Part shown: positions 38,906 to 48,909 of the stretch, piece after piece
Numbering within the stretch: position 1 is the stretch's first letter
How the letters are laid out: the number at the start of each line of letters is the position of its first letter
From: Parcubacteria bacterium C7867-001
GTDB taxonomy: Bacteria; Patescibacteriota; Minisyncoccia; Phycocordibacterales; Phycocordibacteraceae
DNA length: 64,000 nt
Direction: 5' to 3'
NCBI GenBank assembly: GCA_001189095.1
Contig: LFCK01000001.1
Coordinates: 149,251-213,250 of the forward strand
The notes under the pieces: model-generated
Told to the model about the DNA's origin: nothing
Seen by the model: only the letters and a program-made list of their open reading frames with translations
Databases searched by the model: none
Translations under genes and position numbers: made by a program

Positions 38906-40066
38906 TTAGCGCTTCGAGAAGATGTGCGGGACGAAGCGACCGGTATTCCCAGTCACCAGCCCGTTTCCTTCTCGAATGCCCATGCCTGCGGCCCACCCAT
39001 CGACCATCCAACTTCCGATGATCGGGTAGTTACCGCTGAAATTGGGGATTGGGTAGAGGTCTTGGTAGACGTATCCTTCTTCCCCATAATCACCCGCGGT
39101 CTCTTCGACCGCTTCGCCATTCCTGACGACGGTGATGTTGGCGCCTTCACGCGCGAGCTTCGGTTTCTTGACGTAGTCTTTCGACCGAGGCTCGAAGTAC
39201 GTGGGGAGCAAATTCGGGTGACCGGGATTGAGTTCCCAGAGCACCGGCAGAATCGCCTTGTTGCTCCACAGCATTTTCCAGATCGGCTCGATCCACTGCA
39301 TCTTGTCATAGCACTCAACGATGTGCGGACCGAAGTCCTCGTTGGCGAGCCACTCCCAAGGGTACAGATGGTAGAGCACATCGATGGGTTCGTCTTGGAA
39401 GCCGACGAATCGTTTCCGTTTCTTATCCCAACCGATGTCTTGGATGAAGACCGGCTCCGTATCGAGCCCCGCTTGAACCGCGAGATCCCGAAGATACGTA
39501 GTCGTGAGGGTGTCCTCGCCGGCAGCGTCGTTCATGTGCGTGAAATGCACGCGACGTGACTTCAGCTGCGGTGCGATATGTTGCCACCGCGCGAGCAGTT
39601 TGTCGTGAAGACTGGTGAACTGATCGTGGGTGGGGAACACCTCTTCCTTCCAATTCCACTGGACGACGGCCGCCTCGAACATCGAGGTCGGCGTATCGCA
39701 GTTGTACTCGAGTAGCTTGACCCGACCCGTGCCGTTGTAGGCAAGGTCGAAGCGACCGTGGTTGAGGGCCGGAGGCTCCTCGTTCCACGCCCGCTTGATG
39801 AGCGGGACGACGAACTCGGGGATACCGAATTCGCCGAACCGATTCTCATCGATCACGTGCTGACCGGCGGCTAGGAAGAGCTGGTGTAGCGCTTCCGAGT
39901 CACGCTCGATCTCATCGATCTGGTCGGCAGTGAACTGGTAGTAGGCTGACTCGTTCCAGTACGGCAACTCCGTTCCGTCTTCAAGACGGACCGAATGCCA
40001 CACCATCCCGAGTTCCTGTACCTTCTGCTGCCAATCCGGACGAGGCGCGATCGAATGCCGTTTCAT
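38906..40066 (-). CDS. Glutathionylspermidine synthase family ATP-grasp protein (YgiC/YjfC-like)
   Basis: YWNESAYY, GRFDL, LLEYNCDTPT, YPWEWL, EP.WK...SNKAIL, KP..AREGANI. Confidence 0.92.
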   Translation of the reverse strand: MKRHSIAPRPDWQQKVQELGMVWHSVRLEDGTELPYWNESAYYQFTADQIDEIERDSEALHQLFLAAGQHVIDENRFGEFGIPEFVVPLIKRAWNEEPPALNHGRFDLAYNGTGRVKLLEYNCDTPTSMFEAAVVQWNWKEEVFPTHDQFTSLHDKLLARWQHIAPQLKSRRVHFTHMNDAAGEDTLTTTYLRDLAVQAGLDTEPVFIQDIGWDKKRKRFVGFQDEPIDVLYHLYPWEWLANEDFGPHIVECYDKMQWIEPIWKMLWSNKAILPVLWELNPGHPNLLPTYFEPRSKDYVKKPKLAREGANITVVRNGEAVEETAGDYGEEGYVYQDLYPIPNFSGNYPIIGSWMVDGWAAGMGIREGNGLVTGNTGRFVPHIFSKR

Positions 40067-40509
40067 CAGCCGCCGCCGAAGCCGCCGTGGGCCCCGCCTG
40101 ACGCTCCGAAGCCGCCGCGAGACGTGCTCGCGCCGGAAGCTTTCGTCGCACCAAACCCGCCACGCGAGACCACTGCGGATTCAACCGCCGCGGAGCGCGT
40201 GTAGGCCGTGCCAGCGATGGGCTGACGCGACCCGCCGGTCACCACCGAGCCGTAAGGCGGAACGGTGCCTCCGCGCGAGAGGTAGTACCAGTACGGGTAG
40301 CCGCTGCCGTGATAGAGCGAGCGGTTCGTGCACTGTTCGTCCTGAATCCGCCGACCTTGATTGTCCACGCAGGCTTGCGTGGGCCGGTCGGTGGTCCAGC
40401 TCGAGGCCGTGCTGTAGCTGTCCCCTGCGGGACCGCACGCTGTCAAAAGGGCCGCCCCCAGCATTGCTGTGGAAACGGCCGCCACCAAGGGCAATTTGAA
40501 GTTTCTCAA
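40066..40509 (-). CDS. YgiB/YjfM (DUF1190-like) lipoprotein
   Basis: AAGGAG SD plus TTG start, lipobox LTAC, two C-terminal SRGGFG repeats; coupled to the GspS gene. Confidence 0.75.
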   Translation of the reverse strand: MRNFKLPLVAAVSTAMLGAALLTACGPAGDSYSTASSWTTDRPTQACVDNQGRRIQDEQCTNRSLYHGSGYPYWYYLSRGGTVPPYGSVVTGGSRQPIAGTAYTRSAAVESAVVSRGGFGATKASGASTSRGGFGASGGAHGGFGGG

Positions 40510-40663
40510 AGTACACTCCTTTACGGACGCTAAAGTCCGTTTGTATATCATAGGACTATTGACGAAAAATGTCAACTACCTAAAACTTGCAATATATAGA
40601 GAACATGTTATTATAATCCGCGTTCTTTGACAGACGTTCATTCACCTTGAAAGGAGGTTGTTC

Positions 40664-41776
40664 ATGAACATAATCCTCCGGTTGTGGCGGAAGATGCGGG
40701 ACCTTGAATATCGGTTCCTCATTGTTGCCACGATCGCGCATTTCGTCCTCTGGTACCTAGTGTTCTGGGCTACCGAGGCTCCGGATGCTGCGATGCTTAA
40801 ACCGGTAAACTACTGGTATTTCTGGTCGACGACCGCGCTCACCATCGGCTACGGCGACTTGTCGCCTCAATCCGAATTGAGCCGTCTCATCGCTCCAGTG
40901 TTCCAGTTCACCGGCCTCATCATCCTGACGACATGGCTCACCAAAGTGGGGAGCGCAGCCGTCGAGCATATGACCAAAAAACGGAGAGGGCTCATGCCAA
41001 CGAAATTGAGCGGGCACATCCTCGTGCTCGGTGATTATCATCCTGTGCGTACGGACGACTTGTTGTCGAACGCGATCCTCGATCGCCAAGATGACGGCTC
41101 GCATCCGCATGTCGTGGGATGCTTCCGTAACACGGGAGATCGAAATCCCTTCGTGCGCCCGCAGGACTACCACGGCATCACGCCGGAATACGTCCAAGCG
41201 GCGGCGAGCGGATTTAACATGCGCATTCTCGAAGAAGCTGGCGCCGAGCGCGCGAGCCACATCTACGTGAACTGCGAAGACGACAACACGGCCATTGGCC
41301 TCGTGTGTCTCCTGAGCCGGATGCAAATCAAGGCCCGCGTGGGCCTCATCCTTCAGGAATATGCGAGCGCCGAACTCGTGCCGGCGTGTCCGCTCGAACT
41401 GCAGATCATCAAGCCGATTCAGGCGGTGCTCGCGGTTCGCGCGATGGAAGACCCCGGAACGGAGGCAGCGATTCGTATGCTGCTCACCACCGGCGGGACC
41501 AAGTCCATGCATTCGCTCGAAATCACGGGCATGCAGGTAAGCGCGGAGCACGTCTCGTTCGGCTCCGTTCGTGCTGCCTTCGAGAACCTCTTCAAGGACG
41601 GCGCCTTGCTGCTCGGCTTCACTCGCGTGGAGTCGGGCGCACCGGTGCCGTACCTGATGCCGAACTCGGCAGAACTGGTCCGGCAGAACGACCGACTCCT
41701 GTACATCGCGGACAAAGATTTCTCCGCGATGGAGGAGCAGTCCTTCAACAGCGTCTTCTCGCGCGTCGCAGCGTAA
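40664..41776 (+). CDS. Potassium channel with RCK-like domain
   Basis: Selectivity filter TIGYGD; AAGGAGG SD. Confidence 0.88.
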   Translation: MNIILRLWRKMRDLEYRFLIVATIAHFVLWYLVFWATEAPDAAMLKPVNYWYFWSTTALTIGYGDLSPQSELSRLIAPVFQFTGLIILTTWLTKVGSAAVEHMTKKRRGLMPTKLSGHILVLGDYHPVRTDDLLSNAILDRQDDGSHPHVVGCFRNTGDRNPFVRPQDYHGITPEYVQAAASGFNMRILEEAGAERASHIYVNCEDDNTAIGLVCLLSRMQIKARVGLILQEYASAELVPACPLELQIIKPIQAVLAVRAMEDPGTEAAIRMLLTTGGTKSMHSLEITGMQVSAEHVSFGSVRAAFENLFKDGALLLGFTRVESGAPVPYLMPNSAELVRQNDRLLYIADKDFSAMEEQSFNSVFSRVAA

Positions 41777-41857
41777 GAGAAGTTGAACCTTACAACCGCG
41801 GCACTTCGTGCCGCGGTTTTTGTTTGCGCTACCGCATAAAGACGATACTGTAGTCGG

Positions 41858-42835
41858 ATGGATTCCTTCTGGAACAAACTCCCCAAACCCTTTTTCGTAC
41901 TCGCGCCGATGGCGGACGTCACGGATCCAGCGTATCGCAGGCTTATCTCTGAAACCAAGAATCCGGACGTCATGTGGACGGAGTTCGTTTCCGCCGACGG
42001 ACTGTATGCAACGCGGGAAAAAAAGAAGATGCCGGACGTCGAGAATCCGCTCCTGCGCGATTTCCAGTTTTCGGAAAGCGAGCGGCCTGTTGTCGCCCAG
42101 ATTTTCTCAAGCAAGCCCGAGATGATCGCGTATGCGTCGAAACTCGCAGCCGAGCTTGGATTCGATGGCGTTGATCTCAATATGGGTTGCCCCGATAAGT
42201 CTATTGAAAAGCAGGGGGCTGGCGCGGCCATGATTAAAACTCCTGAACTCGCAAAGGAAATCATCGCTGCGGCGCGCACGAGTGGCTTGCCCGTTTCCGT
42301 AAAGACTCGTATCGGCTACAACGCCGTGAATCTTGAAGAGTGGCTCACCGCTATTCTTGAAGAGAAACCGGCGGCGCTCACCGTGCATTTGCGTACGCGA
42401 AAGGAAATGTCGAAGGTGGATGCGCACTGGGAACTCATGGGAAACGCAGTCGAGATTCGCAATCGCGTGAGTCCAGACACGCTCATCATTGGGAACGGTG
42501 ATGTGCAGAGTATCGAAGACGGAAAGAAGAAAATCGTAGACTCGGGTGCCGACGGCGTCATGCTCGGGCGCGCTATTTTCGGTAACCCATGGCTGTTTGC
42601 GGGTCGTGCGTCAGAAAGCCTCTCGAAAGAAGAGCGTCTGGCAGCGCTAGCTCAGCTCGCGCGCTATTTCTCCGAACTGCGCCCAGCCAAGTCCTACCAC
42701 CTCCTCAAAAAGCATTTCAAAGCATTCGTTTCGGGCTTCGATGGGGCAGCGGAATTGCGCGGCAAGCTGATGGAAACGAATTCCTATCAAGAGTTTCTTG
42801 TCCTGAGTAATTCAAAGGAGTATAGTTCCGTATAG
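41858..42835 (+). CDS. dus: tRNA-dihydrouridine synthase
   Basis: LAPMADVTD, DLNMGCP, VSVKTRIG, IGNGD, GVMLGR. Confidence 0.93.
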   Translation: MDSFWNKLPKPFFVLAPMADVTDPAYRRLISETKNPDVMWTEFVSADGLYATREKKKMPDVENPLLRDFQFSESERPVVAQIFSSKPEMIAYASKLAAELGFDGVDLNMGCPDKSIEKQGAGAAMIKTPELAKEIIAAARTSGLPVSVKTRIGYNAVNLEEWLTAILEEKPAALTVHLRTRKEMSKVDAHWELMGNAVEIRNRVSPDTLIIGNGDVQSIEDGKKKIVDSGADGVMLGRAIFGNPWLFAGRASESLSKEERLAALAQLARYFSELRPAKSYHLLKKHFKAFVSGFDGAAELRGKLMETNSYQEFLVLSNSKEYSSV

Positions 42836-42853
42836 GTAGCAACGGAGGTTCTT

Positions 42854-43042
42854 GTGCCAGACAGTCAATACGATGCAGCAATCGCCCACATCAATTCGTT
42901 ATTTCATGACGTGCGCGACCCTGTTGCCCTCGTCGCTTATTGTGCGCAGCAAGATAAAGCATTCCGCAAAGAGGGAGATGTGAGTACTGCTGAAGCATTT
43001 GCGGAAGCTGAAATCAGAGCAAAAAGGCTCATTCCAGCTTAA
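42854..43042 (+). CDS. Small hypothetical protein
   Basis: GGAGG SD before GTG; terminator follows. Confidence 0.5.
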   Translation: MPDSQYDAAIAHINSLFHDVRDPVALVAYCAQQDKAFRKEGDVSTAEAFAEAEIRAKRLIPA

Positions 43043-43108
43043 ATCTTGAAACGCGCGCGACCAAAGGTCGCGCGCGTCGCTCTATTAGTTTGAGGTATAA
43101 TCTCCCCT

Positions 43109-44137
43109 ATGTCGCATCAGTCCCTCTATCGTAAACATCGCCCACACTCGTTTAAGGATGTGGTCGGGCAAGACTCGGTCATTGCGCCGCTCAAGGAGCA
43201 GCTCGCGTCTGAAAAGGTGGGGCACGCATATCTCTTTGCTGGCTCGCGCGGACTTGGCAAGACGTCGATCGCACGCATCTTCGCGCGCGAGCTCGGTACC
43301 GATGAGCGTGATCTCTACGAAATAGACGCCGCAAGCAACAATAGCGTTGAGGACATTCGTAATCTCACGGAAAACGTCTACACGCTCCCGTTCGCTTCGA
43401 AACACAAAGTCTATATTCTCGACGAAGCGCACATGCTCTCGAAAGGTGCATGGAATGCATTCTTGAAAACGCTCGAAGAGCCACCAGCGCATGCAATTTT
43501 CATTCTTGCGACCACCGAGCTCTCGAAGGTGCCGGAAACCGTGCAGAGCCGTTGCCAAGTGTATGAGTTCAAGCGTCCGAGCCGCGAAACACTCGCGAAA
43601 GTCGTCGTGCGTGTCGCGAAGGAGGAGGGCGTCGTTGTTGAGCCATCAGCCGCAGATCTTATTGCACTTCTCGCAGGAGGTTCGTATCGCGATGCGCTTT
43701 CGACACTTGAGAAAGTTCTTTCTTCTACAACAGAAAAAAAGATAACCCGTGAAAACGCTGAAGAGGCGACCGGCGCGCCGCGTTCAGAGCTCATTGGGAA
43801 CTTGCTCCGCGCACTTTCCGAAGGCAATGCAGACAAGGCGCTCGCGGCAATTCGCAAAGCAGAAAAGGAAAGCATCGATTTGCCGCTCTATCTTTCGCTC
43901 TTCATTGATGCGCTTCGCGCCACGCTTCTCATCCGTCACGCGCCCGAGCTGCGCAAAGAACTCGCGGAAGAACTTGGCGAGCAGTATGCGGAATTGGAAA
44001 CCATCGCGAACGCAAAGGAATCGAAGATATCTCCTACAACACTCAAAACCTTCCTCGACGCGTCGGCGCGCATCCGTTTTTCGCCAGTACCGGCGGTTCC
44101 GCTCGAACTCGCGGTACTCGAACTTCTTGCTGAATGA
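43109..44137 (+). CDS. dnaX: DNA polymerase III gamma/tau
   Basis: LYRKHRP..F.DVVGQ, GSRGLGKTS, EIDAASN, DEAHML, SRC. Confidence 0.95.
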   Translation: MSHQSLYRKHRPHSFKDVVGQDSVIAPLKEQLASEKVGHAYLFAGSRGLGKTSIARIFARELGTDERDLYEIDAASNNSVEDIRNLTENVYTLPFASKHKVYILDEAHMLSKGAWNAFLKTLEEPPAHAIFILATTELSKVPETVQSRCQVYEFKRPSRETLAKVVVRVAKEEGVVVEPSAADLIALLAGGSYRDALSTLEKVLSSTTEKKITRENAEEATGAPRSELIGNLLRALSEGNADKALAAIRKAEKESIDLPLYLSLFIDALRATLLIRHAPELRKELAEELGEQYAELETIANAKESKISPTTLKTFLDASARIRFSPVPAVPLELAVLELLAE

Positions 44138-45039
44138 ACGCGGTAAAGGCCGGCATCGAATACGTGCTGGTTCTTTCGGTGCTTGGCGCGACCGGCTATT
44201 TCCTCTACACGAAAGCGGTACCGCTTCTCACGCCGCCGTGCTCAACGTCAGTCGAATACTCGATTGGCAGCATTGATCCTCGCTACGGTCTCTCGACTTC
44301 AACGCTCGTTTCATATCTCAAAGAGGCAGAAGCACCGTGGAATAAAGCCGCAGGGAAAACGGTGGCAACTTATATGGAGACCGGCAGCCTCAAAGTGAAT
44401 CTGGTGTATTCAGAGCAGCAGGCGGCGACGAGTCTCGGGAAAAATATCGATGCCGATCAAAAGGTGTATGTGGCAGCAAAGGCAAGCCTTGAAAGTCTGC
44501 GCCGTGCGTTCGAACAGCAGAAGAATGCGTACGAGGCCGCCGTCGCATCATTCAATGCTGCGAGCGAAGCGTATTCGGCTGAGGTCGCGAAGTGGAATGC
44601 TCGCGGCGGTGCGCCAAAAGAAATCTTCCAACAGCTCGAGAATCAGAAGCGTTCTCTCGAAGCTCGGCAAGCAAGTCTCGCGCGAGATGCGGCCGACATT
44701 AACAGCCTCGTTACGAAAATAAATCAGGGCGTTACTGCGCTTAACGCGGCGGCGAAGAAGATAAATGCGAAGGTGAGTACGTATAATTCCGCGGTCGGTG
44801 ACGACTTCGATCAAGGAGACTATGTGAGCGATGCGCAAGGGAAGCGCATCAACGTGTTCGAGTTCACGAAGGCAGCGGACCTGAAGCGCGTGCTCGAGCA
44901 CGAGCTTGGTCACGCCATTGGTCTCGGTCATGTCGAGAATCCGGCATCGATCATGTACTCGTATAATGTTGGAAGCGGTCTCGCGCTCACGGAGGAAGAC
45001 GTAGCTGAATTGAAAGCCGTTTGCAAAATAAAATCCTAA
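44134..45039 (+). CDS. Matrixin-family zinc metalloprotease with coiled coil
   Basis: HELGHAIGLGH and SIMY Met-turn. Confidence 0.88.
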   Translation: MNAVKAGIEYVLVLSVLGATGYFLYTKAVPLLTPPCSTSVEYSIGSIDPRYGLSTSTLVSYLKEAEAPWNKAAGKTVATYMETGSLKVNLVYSEQQAATSLGKNIDADQKVYVAAKASLESLRRAFEQQKNAYEAAVASFNAASEAYSAEVAKWNARGGAPKEIFQQLENQKRSLEARQASLARDAADINSLVTKINQGVTALNAAAKKINAKVSTYNSAVGDDFDQGDYVSDAQGKRINVFEFTKAADLKRVLEHELGHAIGLGHVENPASIMYSYNVGSGLALTEEDVAELKAVCKIKS

Positions 45040-45057
45040 GCGGCAGGATATACAAAT

Positions 45058-45131
45058 TGGGAGATCGTCTAATGGTAGGACAGCGGCCTTTGAAGCCGTG
45101 AATCTAGGTTCGATCCCTAGTCTCCCAGCCA
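45058..45131 (+). tRNA. tRNA-Gln(TTG)
   Basis: tgggaga/tctccca acceptor stem, ctTTGaa loop, encoded CCA. Confidence 0.96.
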
Positions 45132-45303
45132 GCTTATGCTAAGTCAGGTGACTGACACGCATAGCTTCTCCGCCCCGTCACAGCATACCGGCTGAGAGCC
45201 GTATTCAGACAGAAAAGACCGCTCCGAAAGAGCGGTCTTTTCTGTTATCAATATTCAAAATATTAACTAGCAAAGACAGAGCAGTAGCTGGTATTATAAG
45301 GCT

Positions 45304-45876
45304 ATGTCTCTAGAACAATACTCCATTTTTCTAACTCTCGGCCTCTTTGGAATGTTTGGCTTAGTAGTCATAAGTGCTGTTCTATATTTTTTGATTCCTA
45401 AGGTGCGTAATCACATACGTTCGCACAGCTACGCAAACTTCCTTGCGGCGATCGGTCTCATATCAGTAGCATCAATCATAGGAGCTCTTACCTATCAGCT
45501 CGTGTACCTGACTCCGGTCTGCGAACTCTGCTGGTGGCAACGTATTTTCCTTTTTCCAATAGGCGTCATTGCCGCAGTGGCATTATGGTACAAGACCAGA
45601 GAAGCGCACGTTACAATCGCAATCCTCTCAGCTATAGGACTTTTCTATGCCTGCTACCATTACTACTATCATTTCCAAGGGCTGGTTCTCGGAAATACGC
45701 TCTCGCTCCCATGCTCTTTCGTGGGTCTTCTCCCTGCGTGCACTAACTCGCCGATACTCACTTTCGGCTTTGTAACGATTCCATTCATGGGCATCCTTGT
45801 ATTTTCCAGCATGCTGATATTAGCTGCCTTTGCCCATATGAAAGCTAAACGTGACGCTAAGCCAAACACGGTATAA
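45304..45876 (+). CDS. dsbB: Disulfide bond formation protein B
   Basis: CELCWWQRI, several TMs, second Cys pair, FVTIPFM. Confidence 0.88.
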   Translation: MSLEQYSIFLTLGLFGMFGLVVISAVLYFLIPKVRNHIRSHSYANFLAAIGLISVASIIGALTYQLVYLTPVCELCWWQRIFLFPIGVIAAVALWYKTREAHVTIAILSAIGLFYACYHYYYHFQGLVLGNTLSLPCSFVGLLPACTNSPILTFGFVTIPFMGILVFSSMLILAAFAHMKAKRDAKPNTV

Positions 45877-45885
45877 TCTTTACAT

Positions 45886-46545
45886 ATGAAAATGAACTCG
45901 ACTGCATGGTGGGTTATTGGTGTGCTCGTGGTGGCAGGAGGCCTCATATTCTTATCCAATATGCTACGCACGGCGTCTACTCCTTCAACAGAAGAGGCTT
46001 CAGAGGTGCTTACGCTTGTAGCGGATGACCACAAGAAAGGGGCAGAAGACGGAAAAGTTGTCCTTGTTGAATATCTCGATTTTGAATGTGAGGCTTGTGG
46101 CGCGTACTATCCTGTTGTTAAACAGATGGAAGAGGAATTTGGGAACCGCGTGACATTCGTCGCAAGGTATTTTCCTCTTCAGGGACACAGGAACGGCATG
46201 ACTGCAGCACTTGCAGCTGAGGCAGCGGGTCGCCAGGGAAAGTTCTGGGAGATGCACGATCTTATGTATACTCGTCAGAAGGACTGGGGTGAAAAGCAGG
46301 TTTCGACTCCAGAAGTATTCGAGGAATATGCACAAGAATTGGGGCTTAACATGGAGCAGTTCAAAACAGATGTTGCGTCAGCTTCTGTAAAGGAGCGGGT
46401 AGAACGAAATCTTAACCAAGCAATTGAACTCAAACTTCAAGGAACACCCTCGTTTTTCCTTCAGGGAAAGAAAATTGCGAATCCGCAATCGCCAGAAGCA
46501 TTTAAGGCACTTATCCGGGCAGAGCTCGAGCGCGCTGGCTCATAA
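45886..46545 (+). CDS. DsbA-family thioredoxin
   Basis: EYLDFECEAC, FPL..H, GTPSFF. Confidence 0.9.
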   Translation: MKMNSTAWWVIGVLVVAGGLIFLSNMLRTASTPSTEEASEVLTLVADDHKKGAEDGKVVLVEYLDFECEACGAYYPVVKQMEEEFGNRVTFVARYFPLQGHRNGMTAALAAEAAGRQGKFWEMHDLMYTRQKDWGEKQVSTPEVFEEYAQELGLNMEQFKTDVASASVKERVERNLNQAIELKLQGTPSFFLQGKKIANPQSPEAFKALIRAELERAGS

Positions 46546-46566
46546 GTATCAGTATCAATCTTTATT

Positions 46567-47307
46567 ATGGACAAAGAAACACACATCGCCGCATCTACCG
46601 AATCTAAGCTCTCAACGCCAGTCGCCATACTTCTCGGCGCGCTCATTATCGCCGGAGCGGTACTCGTAACGAAGTACATGCCCGCGCCAAACAGCGCAAA
46701 CGTGGCGGCGCCTGGACAGCCTCAGGCTCAATCTGCAAATCTTGAAGCAGTGCGTCCGATAGGCGCGGAAGATCATATTCGTGGGAATCCCGATGCTCCT
46801 GTAAAGGTAGTCATGTATTCAGATACTGAGTGTCCATTCTGCAAGCGTTTCCATAACACCATGCAGGAACTTATGAGCACCTATGGTGCAGAAGGTAAAG
46901 TCGCATGGGTATACCGTCATTTCCCGCTTGACCAACTTCACAAAAAAGCACGCAAGGAAGCAGTCGCTAGCGAGTGCGCCGCAGAGCAAGGAGGTAACGA
47001 TGCTTTCTGGGCATACATGGATCGCATGATGGAGATAACCCCTTCTAACGATGGTCTTGACTCGGCGGAGCTTCCGAAGATAGCGGCGTTCATTGGACTT
47101 GATGTGACGAAGTTCAATGCATGTCTTTCCTCAGACAAATACGCAAAGCGCGTGCAGGACGATGCGGACAATGCGCTTAAAACAGGGGGTCAAGGAACTC
47201 CGTGGAGTATCGTTATTGGACCAAACGGGAAGAAGTACGAGCTATCAGGGGCGCAACCAATCGACGCAGTACGTCAGCTGGTTGATATTGCGCTAGCAGA
47301 TAAATAA
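46567..47307 (+). CDS. DsbA-family thioredoxin
   Basis: SDTECPFC, RHFPL, GTP. Confidence 0.9.
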   Translation: MDKETHIAASTESKLSTPVAILLGALIIAGAVLVTKYMPAPNSANVAAPGQPQAQSANLEAVRPIGAEDHIRGNPDAPVKVVMYSDTECPFCKRFHNTMQELMSTYGAEGKVAWVYRHFPLDQLHKKARKEAVASECAAEQGGNDAFWAYMDRMMEITPSNDGLDSAELPKIAAFIGLDVTKFNACLSSDKYAKRVQDDADNALKTGGQGTPWSIVIGPNGKKYELSGAQPIDAVRQLVDIALADK

Positions 47308-47311
47308 CCGA

Positions 47312-47845
47312 ATGAAAGAGACTCTTGCTAAGGTCTTCAAAGAAACCAGAAGCAAGATTATTGCGACAGGTTCAATGTTAGTACTTTTCAGTGCCATCGC
47401 GCTTGTTCCAAATGCCGGGGTGTTGGGACAGGTGTTTGGCTCGTCAGTGCCATTTGCTCAGAAGGTAGCTTTTTCCTTTACGTTGCTTGGCTCTCCAGCA
47501 GCCAATGCAACTATGTTCGGTTTCGTTGCAATACTTGTAAGCATCTTCCTTTCGGGTGTGGTTATCGCGCTTGCAGTCTATGCCTTTAGCAAGCGTACGG
47601 AGAATGTGGGCGCGATGGGTGTATCAGGACTTGGCATGGTATCTGCGTTTATCGGCATCGGATGCGCGTCCTGCGGATCGCTCCTTCTGTCAGCTCTCAT
47701 TCCTATCTTGGGTATAGGGGCGTTTGTAAGCATCTTGCCGCTCGGCGGGCTTGAATTCAGTATTCTTGGTGTAGTCCTCTTGCTAGTATCGATCTACCTA
47801 CTTCTTATGCAGATAGCGAAACCGAGTGTGTGTGCTGTAGCATAG
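47312..47845 (+). CDS. Membrane protein with GCASCG motif
   Basis: Four to five TMs with an intramembrane CxxC. Confidence 0.75.
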   Translation: MKETLAKVFKETRSKIIATGSMLVLFSAIALVPNAGVLGQVFGSSVPFAQKVAFSFTLLGSPAANATMFGFVAILVSIFLSGVVIALAVYAFSKRTENVGAMGVSGLGMVSAFIGIGCASCGSLLLSALIPILGIGAFVSILPLGGLEFSILGVVLLLVSIYLLLMQIAKPSVCAVA

Positions 47846-47852
47846 ATATAGT

Positions 47853-48725
47853 ATGAGCAAGCATTCGCACGACAGCCAGGGAAACATTAAAATAGCGCTC
47901 TTTCTCAATATCTGTTTTACGATAATTGAGCTTATCGGAGGTCTTCTCACAAATAGTCTCGCCATTCTCTCGGACGCACTTCACGACTTCGGAGATACCA
48001 TCGTTCTCTCGCTTGCGTGGTATGCCGAAAAGAAATCTAAACAGGGTCCGGATGAGAAGCGCACGTATGGATATGCCCGTCTCTCGGTATTCTCCGCACT
48101 AGCGTCAGGAGCAGTCTTGATCGGCGGCTCTCTCTTTATCGTCTCACAAGCTATTCCTCGTCTCTTCAATCCTGAAGCAGTTAATGCGCCTGGAATGATG
48201 ATTCTCGCGGTGGTTGGAATCGTATTTAATGGCATCGGCGCATACCGCCTGAAGAAGGGAAAGGGCATAAGCGAACGAGTACTTTCCTGGCATCTCTTTG
48301 AAGACGTGTTCGGATGGACTGCGATACTCATCGGTGGTGGGTTGATCTATCTCTTCGATCTGCCCATCCTCGATCCGATACTCACGATTGGCTTTACGCT
48401 CTTCATTCTGTGGGGTGTGATTCGCTCAATGGGAGAAGTGAGCAATATTCTTCTTGAAGGTGTGCCAGACCGGGTGAACCTGAAAGCTCTTAAGAACGAC
48501 ATTCAGGCATTTGAAGGAGTATTGGGTCTGCATGACGTACATGTTTGGTCTCTTGAAGGGAAGACGAACGTTCTCAGTGGCCATATCGTCATCAATCCTC
48601 AAAGTGTAGATGAGGGACGAGCTATACAGCAGAAAATAAAAGTGATGCTTAAGGAAAAGCATGATATTGAGCACGCCACCATCGAACTTGAGACGAATGG
48701 AAGCTGCGAAGGAAAACCTTGTTAG
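47853..48725 (+). CDS. Cation diffusion facilitator (CzcD/ZitB-like)
   Basis: SLAILSDALHD, TYGYAR, HLFED, HDVHVWSL. Confidence 0.92.
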   Translation: MSKHSHDSQGNIKIALFLNICFTIIELIGGLLTNSLAILSDALHDFGDTIVLSLAWYAEKKSKQGPDEKRTYGYARLSVFSALASGAVLIGGSLFIVSQAIPRLFNPEAVNAPGMMILAVVGIVFNGIGAYRLKKGKGISERVLSWHLFEDVFGWTAILIGGGLIYLFDLPILDPILTIGFTLFILWGVIRSMGEVSNILLEGVPDRVNLKALKNDIQAFEGVLGLHDVHVWSLEGKTNVLSGHIVINPQSVDEGRAIQQKIKVMLKEKHDIEHATIELETNGSCEGKPC

Positions 48726-48909
48726 ATACTCTTTAAAGCTCTTACCTAAGCCATATTCTAGTCCACACTTCTTCATAAAAACATCATTGACCATGGTGCT
48801 ACCCACGCTATACTAGTAGTACTGGTTAGATACGGTTGTACTCAAGAAAAGCCTATATAGGCTTTTTTGTATTATGAAGAAACGCTGAACGTCCCTTCGC
48901 TTTCCTATA

